A stretch of 64,000 nucleotides of DNA from Macrostomum hystrix. Its lineage: Eukaryota; Animalia; Platyhelminthes. The stretch is from assembly GCA_950097015.1 (NCBI GenBank), contig CATNEN010000014.1, positions 2,301,976-2,365,975 on the forward strand, written 5' to 3'. A program made the position numbers and the translations under genes. Shown here piece after piece: positions 49,331-61,045 of this stretch (position 1 is the stretch's first letter; every line of letters begins with the position of its first letter). The notes below the pieces were generated by a model that had not been told where the DNA came from, did no database searches, and saw only the letters and a list, made by a program, of their open reading frames with translations.

Positions 49331-50248
49331 TGAAACAGTAGACACATTGGACACAGTGATATATAGTACAAAATAGGCTTACAGAAGGACAGCTTGCATA
49401 CTCTGTCCGAGTTGGAGTATTGTAGCATGTCGCATAATCTGAGTAGGAAGGCTCAACCAGACTCAAAGATTTCAGATCGATAAGGCTGAGAAGAAAGAAA
49501 TTTGATCTACAAAAGGCGGATGAAACGAAAGTAGACAGCAGAGCACAGAGCAAATAGTGAGTGATCTTCAATAAAGTGCAACAAGTTAAAAATGGGAAAC
49601 AGCTTGGGCCGCGGTTCGTTAGCTGCCTGTGCAAAAGTACTAAAATAACCTTGCTTTTCGGTCAGTGAGTTGAGACTGCTCTGGTTGGACTCGAGCCTAG
49701 CCCTGTCTCATTAGGACCCGCCGTGAGCATGAGAGGAAGCAATACGTGAGTTGGGGTGCGTGAATTCGCCTGTGTGAGTTTTTGCGCCCAGTGCGATTCG
49801 TCAGTAGAGCACATTTGATTTGAGCAGTGGTGCTCAACTATAATTAGCCAGCTGGTGTGAGACATTGCCGCGTGTTTTCTTTAACGAAGGAATTTTGATT
49901 CGGCTGCCCTGGGGACTGCCCGCGGGCAAGACACAAATGTACTTTTGTGAATCACAATCTGCGCTTCAGTCAGCAGTAAATTGGCTCCTCGCAGGTTAAA
50001 GCTTATAGGACTTCAGCCTGAAAATTATTGAAGGTCATGACGACGGTTACGATTTTTTCTGTCGATTGATTATTTACTAATTAATTTCTTTTCAATGGTC
50101 AGTCTGCGTCTTTTGACGGGGGTGCATCAGTTTCTCGGGATGTTTTGTGGCTCACTGCAATGCCCAGCAAATCGATGGACTCTGGGCCTGACCTAAATTT
50201 GAGTCGCCTGTCGCGCTCAGCTCAGCTATCGACTGGCGTAATCACATG

Positions 50249-50262
50249 GTTGCCATGGTAAC
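50249..50262. promoter_or_regulatory. RFX X-box motif
   Basis: GTTGCCATGGTAAC is a full match to the palindromic X-box consensus GTTGCCATGG(C/T)AAC. Confidence 0.45.
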
Positions 50263-50384
50263 ACTGCGCTTACCTGTTGATAGAAATGTTAGATGCTCAC
50301 CATCGATTCAGGCCGAGTTATTTTGCATTCGATCTAGAAAGACTCACCTGGAGATTGAACAGCCAAAAACTCATGAACATCTAC

Positions 50385-53300
50385 AATTTATCTCTACCAA
50401 GCAGTCTCTATACCAATGTGTGTACACTAGCTCATCTGCATTCTATCTCTACCAAGCAGTCTCTATACCAATGTGTGTACACTAGCTCATCTGCATTCTA
50501 TCCCTACCAAGCAGTCTCTATACCAATGTGTGTACACTAGCTCATCTGCATTCTATCTCTACCAAGAAGTCTCTATACCAATGTGTGTACACTAGCTCAT
50601 CTGCATTCTATCTCTACCAAGCAGTCTCTATACCAATGTGTGTACACTAGCTCATCTGCATTCTATCTCTACCAAGCAGTCTCTATACCAATGTGTGTAC
50701 ACTAGCTCATCTGCATTCTATCCCTACCAAGCAGTCTCTATACCAATGTGTGTACACTAGCTCATCTGCATTCTATCCCTACCAAGCAGTCTCTATACCA
50801 ATGTGTGTACACTAGCTCACCTGCATTCTATCCCTACCAAGCAGTCTCTATACCAATGTGTGTACACTAGCTCACCTGCATTCTATCCCTACCAAGCAGT
50901 CTCTATACCAATGTGTGTACACTAGCTCATCTGCATTCTATCCCTACCAAGCAGTCTCTATACCAATGTGTGTACACTAGCTCATCTGCATTCTATCTCT
51001 ACCAAGCAGTCTCTATACCAATGTGTGTACACTAGCTCATCTGCATTCTATCCCTACCAAGCAGTCTCTATACCAATGTGTGTACACTAGCTCATCTGCA
51101 TTCTATATCTCTCCCAAGCAGACTCTATACCAATGTGTGTACACTAGCTCATCTGCATTCTATCTCTACCAAGCAGTCTCTATACCAATGTGTGTACACT
51201 AGCTCATCTGCATTCTATCCCTACCAAGCAGTCTCTATACCAATGTGTGTACACTAGCTCATCTGCATTCTATCCCTACCAAGCAGTCTCTATATCAATG
51301 TGTGTACACTAGCTCACCTGCATTCTATCCCTACCAAGCAGTCTCTATACCAATGTGTGTACACTAGCCCATCAATATTCTATCCCTACCAAGCAGTCTC
51401 TATACCAATGTGTGTACACTAGCTCATCTGCATTCTATTCCTACCAAGCAGTCTCTATACCAATGTGTGTACACTAGCTCATCTGCATTCTATCTCTACC
51501 AAGCAGTCTCTATACCAATGTGTGTACACTAGCTCATCTGCATTCTATCTATACCAAGCAGTCTCTATACCAATGTGTGTACACTAGCTCATCTGCATTC
51601 TATCCCTACCAAGCAGTCTCTATACCAATGTGTGTACACTAGCTCATCTGCATTCTATCTCTACCAAACAGTCTCTATACCAATGTGTGTACACTAGCTC
51701 ATCAATATTCTATCTATACCAAGCAGTCTCTATACCAATGTGTGTACACTAGCTCATCTGCATTCTATCCCTACCAAGCAGTCTCTATACCAATGTGTGT
51801 ACACTAGCTCATCTGCATTCTATCTCTACCAAGCAGACTCTATACCAATGTGTGTACACTAGCTCATCTGCATTCTATCCCTCCCAAGCAGTCTCTATAC
51901 CAATGTGTGTACACTAGCTCATCTGCATTCTATCTCTACCAAACAGTCTCTATACCAATGTGTGTACACTAGCTCATCTGCATTCTATCCCTACCAAGCA
52001 GTCTCTATACCAATGTGTGTACACTAGCTCATCTGCATTCTATCTCTACCAAGCAGACTCTATACCAATGTGTGTACACTAGCTCATCTGCATTCTATCC
52101 CTACCAAGCAGTCTCTATACCAATGTGTGTACACTAGCTCATCTGCATTCTATCCCTACCAAGCAGTCTCTATACCAATTTGTGTACACTAGCTCATCTG
52201 CATTCTATCTCTACCAAGCAGTCTCTATACCAATGTGTGTACACTAGCTCATCTGCATTCTATATCTCTCCCAAGCAGACTCTATACCAATGTGTGTACA
52301 CTAGCTCATCTGCATTCTATCTCTACCAAGCAGTCTCTATACCAATGTGTGTACACTAGCTCATCTGCATTCTATATCTCTCCCAAGCAGACTCTATACC
52401 AATGTGTGTACACTAGCTCATCTGCATTCTATCTATACCAAGCAGTCTCTATACCAATGTGTGTACACTAGCTCATCTGCATTCTATCTCTACCAAGCAG
52501 TCTCTATACCAATGTGTGTACACTAGCTCATCTGCATTCTATCTCTACCAAGCAGTCTCTATACCAATGTGTGTACACTAGCTCATCTGCATTCTATCTA
52601 TACCAAGCAGTCTCTATACCAATGTGTGTACACTAGCTCATCTGCATTCTATCTCTACCAAGCAGTCTCTATACCAATGTGTGTACACTAGCTCATCTGC
52701 ATTCTATCTATACCAAGCAGTCTCTATACCAATGTGTGTACACTAGCTCATCTGCATTCTATCCCTACCAAGCAGTCTCTATACCAATGTGTGTACACTA
52801 GCTCACCTGCATTCTATCCCTACCAAGCAGTCTCTATACCAATGTGTGTACACTAGCTCATCTGCATTCTATCTCTACCAAGCAGTCTCTATACCAATGT
52901 GTGTACACTAGCTCATCTGCATTCTATCTATACCAAGCAGTCTCTATACCAATGTGTGTACACTAGCTCATCTGCATTCTATCTCTACCAAGCAGTCTCT
53001 ATACCAATGTGTGTACACTATAGCTCATCTGCATTCTATCTCTACCAAGCAGTCTCTATACCAATGTGTGTACACTAGCTCACCTGCATTCTATCCCTAC
53101 CAAGCAGTCTCTATACCAATGTGTGTACACTAGCTCATCTGCATTCTATTCCTACCAAGCAGTCTCTATACCAATGTGTGTACACTAGCTCACCTGCATT
53201 CTATCCCTACCAAGCAGTCTCTATACCAATGTGTGTACACTAGCTCATCTGCATTCTATCCCTACCAAGCAGTCTCTATACCAATGTGTGTACACTAGCT

Positions 53301-53750
53301 CATCTGCATTCTATCTCTACCAAGCAGTCTCTATACCAATGTGTGTACACTAGCTCATCTGCATTCTATCTCTACCAAGCAGTCTCTATACCAATGTGTG
53401 TACACTAGCTCACCTGCATTCTATTCCTACCAAGCAGTCTCTATACCAATGTGTGTAAACTAGCTCATCTGCATTCTATCCCTACCAAGCAGTCTCTATA
53501 CCAATGTGTGTACACTAGCTCATCTGCATTCTATCTCTACCAAGCAGTCTCTATACCAATGTGTGTACACTAGCTCATCTGCATTCTATCTCTACCAAGC
53601 AGTCTCTATACCAATGTGTGTACACTAGCTCACCTGCATTCTATTCCTACCAAGCAGTCTCTATACCAATGTGTGTACACTAGCTCACCTGCATTCTATC
53701 TCTACCAAGCAGACTCTATACCAATGTGTGTACACTAGATCATCAATATT
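50385..53750. repeat. 55-bp minisatellite (~61 copies)
   Basis: Unit CTCTACCAAGCAGTCTCTATACCAATGTGTGTACACTAGCTCATCTGCATTCTAT. Confidence 0.97.
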
Positions 53751-54092
53751 CTATTTAGCAAGCTGGTAAAGGTAGAAAGTTCGCTTGATCTTTTAGAAGC
53801 AGTGCAAGAGCAGCAGGCATTGTTGACACAGCAGCGTTTCTGGAGTCCCTTGCCATCTCGCCATGTAATGCGACTTGGAGTTCTTTAGGGCGAAGGAAAG
53901 CTAAATTAGTCTAGGATTGTGGCTGAGACTGGGCCGTTGCGGCGAGACCTCATGACAGCTGAGGCTTGCACTGAGTCAACAAGGCAGGACTCGGGCCTGT
54001 TTTTTCGGCAGTATAAGAGTAAATATCTACCGAATGCACGAACCTTCGGTCGAGATACGCGCTGATTCTCGCTGCCTGAGTTATGTTTAAAC

Positions 54093-55259
54093 ATGGCCGA
54101 GATGTACGTACGACAGAAATTGAACCAGGCGCAGGTCGGTGAGACGCAGGTCGGTGAGGCGCAGGTCGGTGAGACGCAGGTCGGTGAGGCGCAGGTCGGT
54201 GAGACGAAGGTCGGTGAGACGAAGGTCGGTGAGGCGCAGGTCGGTGAGACGAAGGTCGGTGAGACGAAGGTCGGTGAGATGAAGGTCGGTGAGATGAAGG
54301 TCGGTGAGGCGCAGGTCGGTGAGACGAAGGTCGGTGAGACGAAGGTCGATGAGACGCAGGTCGGTGAGACGAAGGTCGGTGAGACGAAGGTCGGTGAGAC
54401 GAAGGTCGGCGAGACGCAAGTCGGTGAGACGAAGGTCGGTGAGACGAAGGTCGGTGAGATGAAGGTCGGTGAGGCGCAGGTCGGTGAGACGAAGGTCGGT
54501 GAGACGAAGGTCGATGAGACGCAGGTCGGTGAGGCGCAGGTCGGTGAGACGAAGGTCGGTGAGACGAAGGTCGGTGAGACGAAGGTCGGTGAGATGAAGG
54601 TCGGTGAGGCGCAGGTCGGTGAGACGAACGTCGGTGAGACGAAGGTCGATGAGACGAAGGTCGGTGAGGCGCAGGTCGGTGAGACGCAGGTCGGTGAGAC
54701 GCAGGTCGATGAGACGCAGGTCGGTGAGGCGCAGGTCGGTGAGACGAAGGTCGGTGAGGCGCAGGTCCGTGAGGCACCAATGGTTCGCAGAATTCGCCAT
54801 TCGACCAGCAGCAACTGTGTCGCACAGCTGTCACAAGCAATGGAGCAGCCACGCAGGCACAGCACTATCTTTCCGCAGCAGCAACATCTTGTACTTCAGC
54901 GTCCTAGGCGAGGTAGAATGTTCAGTCTATTTCATTGGGAAAGCGCCGCTGAAGCTCTGCGATGGCAACAGCCAGCTGGTACAAAGTAAGATTACGGAAA
55001 TGAAAGTTAACAACTTTGCGTACCATAGCTTTCAATTAGTAGAACATTTTATGACCATATTCAATGATTGGGATTTGAGTAAACATGAATTCAAGTAAGT
55101 TGAAATTTTATTGAATCGGGATTTCAGTGAAACAAGATTTCAAAAAACTGGGATTTGAAAGAATCGGGATTTAATTTGGATTTTGATTTGAGTTATTTGG
55201 GATTTCAGTGAATTGTGTTTGAGAAAGAAAGCTTGACTTTGTTGTTAATTTTCAGCCGT

Positions 55260-55297
<38 letters not shown>

Positions 55298-55691
55298 TCC
55301 CAGCTGCCCTACGCGCCGCTTTCAATCAGCGGACAACTATTATCCTATAGCCTACGTGCTGCGGGAAGAGGACTTGCAGTCCGCGGACACTCACCCGGTC
55401 TCCGAGCGGACTCGCACCGTGGAGCTGCTGCCCCAGGCTGACGGCCGGGACGCCACCGTTCGCATTGTTGCTGAAGCCCGGCTAGCGCCGACGCAGCCAC
55501 CGGAGCGGCCGCCGCATCTGCCGGCGTCGCCCTACGCCTACGTGCCGGGGCGACGGCTGGCACCGAGCCGCTCAACAGAAGCTGCTCCGTCAGAAACGAG
55601 GCGCAGGCCAGCCTCTTCAACTGTGGCAGCAGTCGGAGCGAGTGAGTCAAGCAGAGTCAGGCAGTTGGTGGCAAGGTTTCAAGAGGGGTAG
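54093..55691 (+). CDS. 3' part of an unknown protein gene (polyQ, Pro/Arg-rich last exon); 5' structure uncertain
   Basis: An exon ending ACAAA|GTAAG at 54985 (phase 2) joins TTTTCAG|C at 55256 (phase 2) to give ...PAGTNRQQQQ...DNYYPIAYVLREEDL...RVRQLVARFQEG*. The 15-bp array at 54131-54775 lies in frame. Candidate upstream exons are ~50246-50403 and 53759-53864. Confidence 0.55.
54131..54775. repeat. 15-bp minisatellite (~43 units), in frame within the + strand ORF
   Basis: Unit G(C/A)AGGTCGGTGAG(A/G)(C/T), encoding (Q/K)VGE(T/A/M). Confidence 0.96.
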
Positions 55692-55732
55692 CTGTCTACT
55701 CAAGACCTTGGCTTATCTATGGTAGAAACTGC

Positions 55733-56203
55733 TCGTCAAGTTGATAACCTGTTCGTCAAGCTCATACCTGTTCGTCAAGTTGATAACCTGTTCGTCAAGC
55801 TCATACCTGTTCGTCAAGCTCATACCTGTTCGTCAAGCTCATACCTGTTCGTCAAGCTCATACCTGTTCGTCAAGCTCATACCTGTTCGTCAAGCTCATA
55901 CCTGTTCGTCAAGCTCATACCTGTTCGTCAAGCTCATACCTGTTCGTCAAGCTCATACCTGTTCGTCAAGCTCATACCTGTTCGTCAAGCTCATACCTGT
56001 TCGTCAAGCTCATACCTGTTCGTCAAGTTGATAACCTGTTCGTCAAGCTCATACCTGTTCGTCAAGCTCATACCTGTTCGTCAAGCTCATACCTGTTCGT
56101 CAAGCTCATACCTGTTCGTCAAGCTCATACCTGTTCGTCAAGCTCATACCTGTTCGTCAAGTTCATACCTGTTCGTCAAGTTCATACCTGTTCGTCAAGT
56201 TAT
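55733..56203. repeat. 19-bp minisatellite just 3' of the stop codon
   Basis: Unit CCTGTTCGTCAAGCTCATA, about 25 copies. Confidence 0.95.
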
Positions 56204-56880
56204 TACCTCCTATCCTTAAAAGCAATTGTTAAAAATGAATCGTGTTTTCTCATGTATGCTTTAAATTTGATGCCAAAAGTTTAAAACCTAAATTTGCAAT
56301 TATCAGAGATTTGAATAAACGTTAATGTTAAAAAATATCAGTTGAAAGCTTTGGCAAATGCGTAACACTTTGATAAGTGCATGCGCATTGACATGGAAAA
56401 CAGCATGGTGTTAATGTAAGCTCGTATCGAATGCGCAATAAATATTGACCCTTAAACTAAAACATCCTGCATCGAAACGATAAGGCTATAAAAAGTTAAA
56501 AGGACATGGCATCGTCTTCTACCTTTTTAGATTTTTGTGTCAGAAATTACCTAATATGTAGCACAAATTAATCCAAAATCAAGACATCCTTGTTAAAATC
56601 TATCTGTTGATTTTCAGATATCAATTTTTACGTTAATCTACTTACCTCTAGAAATCGAACCGCGAGGGTGGCTTCAAGTGTGTCACAAAATTAGTTCTTT
56701 CTTATCGTTTTATCTTATTTGTCAATTTTTTATAACTGCTACCTAATGCAGAGCTACTTAATACATTGCATTTAATTCAAGCCGTGAGCACTTTAATGCG
56801 ATATTGAGGTACTGCTCAAATACACAAGTACATGATTGGGACTGCGAGCAGTTACGGGATTGCAGTCTCATAATTGAAAA

Positions 56881-58523
56881 CTCTTCTCTTTTCTTCTCTT
56901 CTTCTCTCCTCTCTTCTTCTCTTCTCTTTTCCTCCTCTCTTCTTCTCTTCTCTTCTCCTCTTCTCTTCTTCTCTTCTCTTTTCCTCTTCTCTTCTTCTCT
57001 TCTCTTCTCTTCTCTTCTTCTCTTCTCTTCTCTTCTCTTCTCTTTTCCTCTTCTCTTCTTCTCTTCTCTTCTCTTCTTCTCTCCTCTCTTCTTCTCTTCT
57101 CTTTTCCTCCTCTCTTCTTCTCTTCTCTTCTCCTCTTCGCTTCTTCTCTTCTCTTCTCTTCTCTTCTCTTCTCTTCTCTTCTCTTCTCTTCTCTCCTCTT
57201 CTCTTCTCTTCTCTTCTTTTCTTCTCCTCTCTTCTCTTCTCTTCTCTTCTCTTCTCTTCTCTTCTCTTCTTTTCTTCTCTTCTCTTCTTCTCTTCTCCTC
57301 TCTTCTCTTCTCTCCTCTTCTCTCCTCTTCTTCTCCTCTCTTCTTCTCTTCTCTTCTCTTCTCTCCTCTTCTCTTCTTCTCTTCTCTTTTCTTCTCTTCT
57401 TCTCTTCTCTCCTCTTCTTTTCTTCTCTTCTCTTATTTTCTTCTCCTCTCTTCTCTTCTCTTCTCTTCTCTTCTCTTCTCTTCTCTTCTCTTCTCCTCTT
57501 CTCTTCTTCTCTTCTCCTCTCTTCTCTTCTCTCCTCTTCTCTCCTCTTCTCTCCTCTTCTCTTCTCTTCTCCTCTCCTCTCCTCTTCTCTTCTCTTCTCT
57601 TCTCCTCTCCTCTTCTCCTCTCCTCTTCTCTTCTCCTCTCCTCTCCTCTTCTCTTCTCTTCTCTTCTCCTCTCCTCTTCTCCTCTCCTCTTCTCTTCTCT
57701 TCTTCTCTTCTCCTCTTCGCTTCTTCTCTTCTCTTCTCTTCTCTTCTCTTCTCTTCTCTTCTTCTCTTCTCCTCTCTTTTCTTCTCTCCTCTTCTCTTCT
57801 CTTCTCTTCTCTTCTTTTCTTCTCCTCTCTTCTCTTCTCTTCTCCTCTCCTCTTCTCTTCTCTTCTTCTCTTCTCCTCTTCGCTTCTTCTCTTCTCTTCT
57901 CTTCTCTTCTCTTCTCTTCTCTTCTCTTCTCTTCTCTCCTCTTCTCTTCTCTTCTCTTCTTTTCTTCTCCTCTTCTCTTCTTCTCTTCTCCTCCCTTCTC
58001 TTCTCTCCTCTTCTCTCCTCTTCTCTTCTCTTCTCCTCTCCTCTCCTCTTCTCTTCTCTTCTCTTCTCCTCTCCTCTTCTCCTCTCCTCTTCTCTTCTCT
58101 TCTCTTCTCCTCTCCTCTTCTCTTCTCTTCTTCTCTTCTCTTCTCTTCTCTTCTCTTCTCTCCTCTTCTCTTCTCTTCTCTTCTTTTCTTCTCCTCTCTT
58201 CTCTTCTCTTCTTTTCTCTTCTCCTCTCTTCTCTTCTCTTCTTTTCTTCTCCTCTCTTCTCTTCTCTTCTTTTCTCTTCTCCTCTTCTCTTCTTCTCTTC
58301 TCCTCTCTTCTCTTCTCTCCTCTTCTCTCCTCTTCTCTCCTCTTCTCTCCTCTCCTCTCCTCTTCTCTTCTCTCCTCTTCTCTTCTCTTCTTCTCTTCTC
58401 CTCTTCTTTTCTTCTCCTCTCTCCTCTTCTCTCCTCTTCTCTCCTCTTCTCTCCTCTTCTCTCCTCTCCTCTCTTCTCTTCTCTTCTCTTCTTCTCTTCT
58501 CCTCTTCTTTTCTTCTCTTCTCC
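56881..58523. repeat. (CTTCT)n / (AGAAG)n polypyrimidine microsatellite, ~1.65 kb
   Basis: Almost purely C/T on the + strand, dominated by CTTCT/CTCTT pentamers. Confidence 0.98.
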
Positions 58524-59294
58524 CGATGTAAAAAAACGAATCCAGCGGACACTGATTCGTCAGGCTCCATCTGATATGGTTAGGTATAAAGTGATCTGAG
58601 TCCGCCGGATTCAGATATTATGCCCACAGCGGATCTGAATAGGACTGTCATTTTAATGCTTATTATTTTACTACTATAAGTAAGCAGTTGAGCTTTTAAG
58701 CATTAAATCTTCTGAACCTTTGAATCGTATTTTGATTTGACTGTGTTATATTTTCAAAATGATGATAAAACACATGGAAATTGCGGTTGCATACATCATG
58801 AATAATATAGAGCATAAGCTCATTTTTATTGGTACGAGAACGAGTATATAATTGTAATATGGAACTTTACGAATTACAATTCGCAATTTGAATTACACTT
58901 CACGTGTAGTGGCGGATCCAGGATTTTAAAAGTCCATGTAGGGTGTAGTGGAGGACATGTGAGTACAGAAGCTAGAAGCAAAGTATTTGCGTGTATGTAC
59001 TGCATGTATGCGCAAGACAAGATCTTGAGAATATAATACTCTTACAGTGCTTGCATATAATTTAGAACATGGAGCAGCGCAAATGAAACTAATTTTAATG
59101 GGTGTGGAATTAAAAAAGTGGCTTAACTTGAATGTGATGCCAGTGAAAACCCGTAACAACAGCTAGACTTCGTGCAATTCTTTTATGCAGTTCATTAATT
59201 GAATGCACTGAGCCTCGAGGAGTCTAAACCCCAAATGGAGTCTAGACCCTAAAGCCTTCAAACCCCTTTCGATTCCCCAAGAAGCAATTGTTGT

Positions 59295-61011
59295 TTAGTA
59301 GACGTCCATATCCGACTTGTAGATCTCGCTGTCGAACTCATCGTCACTGAGAATGTGTGGTCTCTTGCCGCTGCGCTCATTTCTCGCCGCTGCACTGTGA
59401 CTACTCGCTGCCGCAATTGCGCCGACAGTTTTGCGGCGGGCCTTGGGCACTCGAGGAGTGGCGGAGGCCTCAGAACTGGAGGTGGCTGCAGACGCTGCGG
59501 CTAGTTCAGTCGCCACCTTTAGCCGCTTCTGCTTGGCTTCATGCCGCTCGCTCGCATGCCTGAGGACGGCAATTATTGCCACCTCAACCTGCTTTTCCGA
59601 GTACACGACCTTCCTCGTGACAGGATCTGGCGGGAACATGTCGTCCACAGCATCTGAGAATGAATTAGAAAGAGAGTTAAACTTAAATTTGGTGTGGAAT
59701 ATTCAAATATTCAATTTCATACTGTCTACTATGAGTAAAACGCCAAGTAGAATAGCAGATGTTTCCCACCGACTTCATTTTCATTCTTTATTTTTGCCTT
59801 CTCGTCTGTAATACGCTTGTTTTCCAAAATTCCATTTAATTTTTTTGCATTTGAGTAAGAATGGTCAGAACGAGAATGGATCTGGACAATATATGAAAGA
59901 GTAGAATGCCCATAGTCTCTTACCTATGAAAACCTGTTTGGCATTCTCAAAGGCAAGTTGGTGCTCTATCAGCATGCAGTCCAGTACTTCCGTCCGGCAT
60001 TTTTCGAGCATGCCTCGGCCACTCCAGTTCACAACGACCTGCATTCGTGGAGCCAGGCACTTGTTCATCATCCGGCGGACTGTTTCCGACAGTGTAGCGC
60101 ACCGGCAACCCAACAGATGAGGCCCCTGAGATTTTTTTCTCAAAATTAGATGTCTTCAAATCAAATATATATAAAAAGGAACATAGCACTGCTTACAAGG
60201 CTAGACTGCAACTGCCTTGATGAGATGAACTTGATGTACTCCGCCCAGGAGTCTATAGCCTCGAACTGCGGACGGTGTTGCTGAGGGTTGGAGCGACCAG
60301 CAAACGAAGCTGCGATGCCTTCTAGGAGTGGCAGCACCCGATCCTCTAGCTGCTTGATGCGACGAACTGCGTCGCAACTGCGGCGAGCAGCCAGCATGGT
60401 TAGATGCGCCACCCCACTTGCCGACTCTGCCTCTATTCCGACACTGGACAGGTACTGACGAATGTGAAGCACTGCAGCTGGATGGAGCCTGTCGATGCCG
60501 CAGTCTCCATCGAAGCCGTCACCATCGACGCTACCTGATGTGTACGTAAGCTTCGGAGTCACTGAAGCAGCGTACGGTTTCTGCGTAGGCGCTGTTGTGG
60601 GCGTCAGCTTAGGCGGTACCGACGGCGTCACCACCATAGATCTTGGCGTCCCCACCTCATTTGTTGCACCAAGCCTTGCTGGTAGCAGCGCGGTGTTGAT
60701 CGCTGGAAGAGCCACTAGTTCCGCATTGAGCGACGTTGAGGCGGTTGAGCGCCTCGGCTTCTGAGGCCGCCGGTCGGTGTTGTTGCCTCCTTCGTCGCCT
60801 GACGTGACGACGGACTGCATGGGTTGGAGTTGTATGCTTTATTATTACAATTAGTACAGTAATAAAATTATAAATATTCATGCGTTTTACTGCCCTTTAG
60901 TAATTTTTATATGCGCCTTTTTTATTTACAAATGTTTAATGATTTTGAGTTTCTTAACTGAATAATTGTCAAACAATTTCGTTCACAAAGGTGACATTAA
61001 CTTACCTTCAT
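59295..61011 (-). CDS. DUF4806 (BEN-like) domain protein, ~394 aa, spliced
   Basis: Exons 60814-60197 (or ATG at 60820), 60125-59924 and 59653-59295, GT-AG and phase-compatible, with an optional mini-exon ATG AAG|GTAAGT at 61011-61006. The spliced product contains AIDSWAEYIKFIS...LLGCRCATLSETVRRMMNKCLAPRMQVVVNWSGRG...DAVDDMF...SEKQVEVAIIAVLRHASER, which follows the DUF4806 pattern (GG...TVRR...NWxGR...I..WL..A.DR) as I recall it. Confidence 0.72.
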
Positions 61012-61045
61012 ACTGGCGAAGCGATTCCTTCCACCCTTGTTCACC

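Noticed and set aside
53906-54865. Minus-strand ORF across the 15-bp array as the real gene
   Set aside because: It mirrors the + frame. Only the + strand has phase-matched splice sites to a downstream exon, though an in-frame TGA at 54063 leaves the + strand 5' structure unresolved.
56804-58574. 570-aa poly-EKRR / poly-FSSL ORFs (also 60997-62069)
   Set aside because: Simple translations of (CTTCT)n, which lacks stop codons in several frames; no unique coding content.
58907-58930. AGTGGCGGATCCAGGATTTT, resembling a MITE terminus
   Set aside because: I found no partner inverted end or TSD in the window, so it cannot be called as an element.
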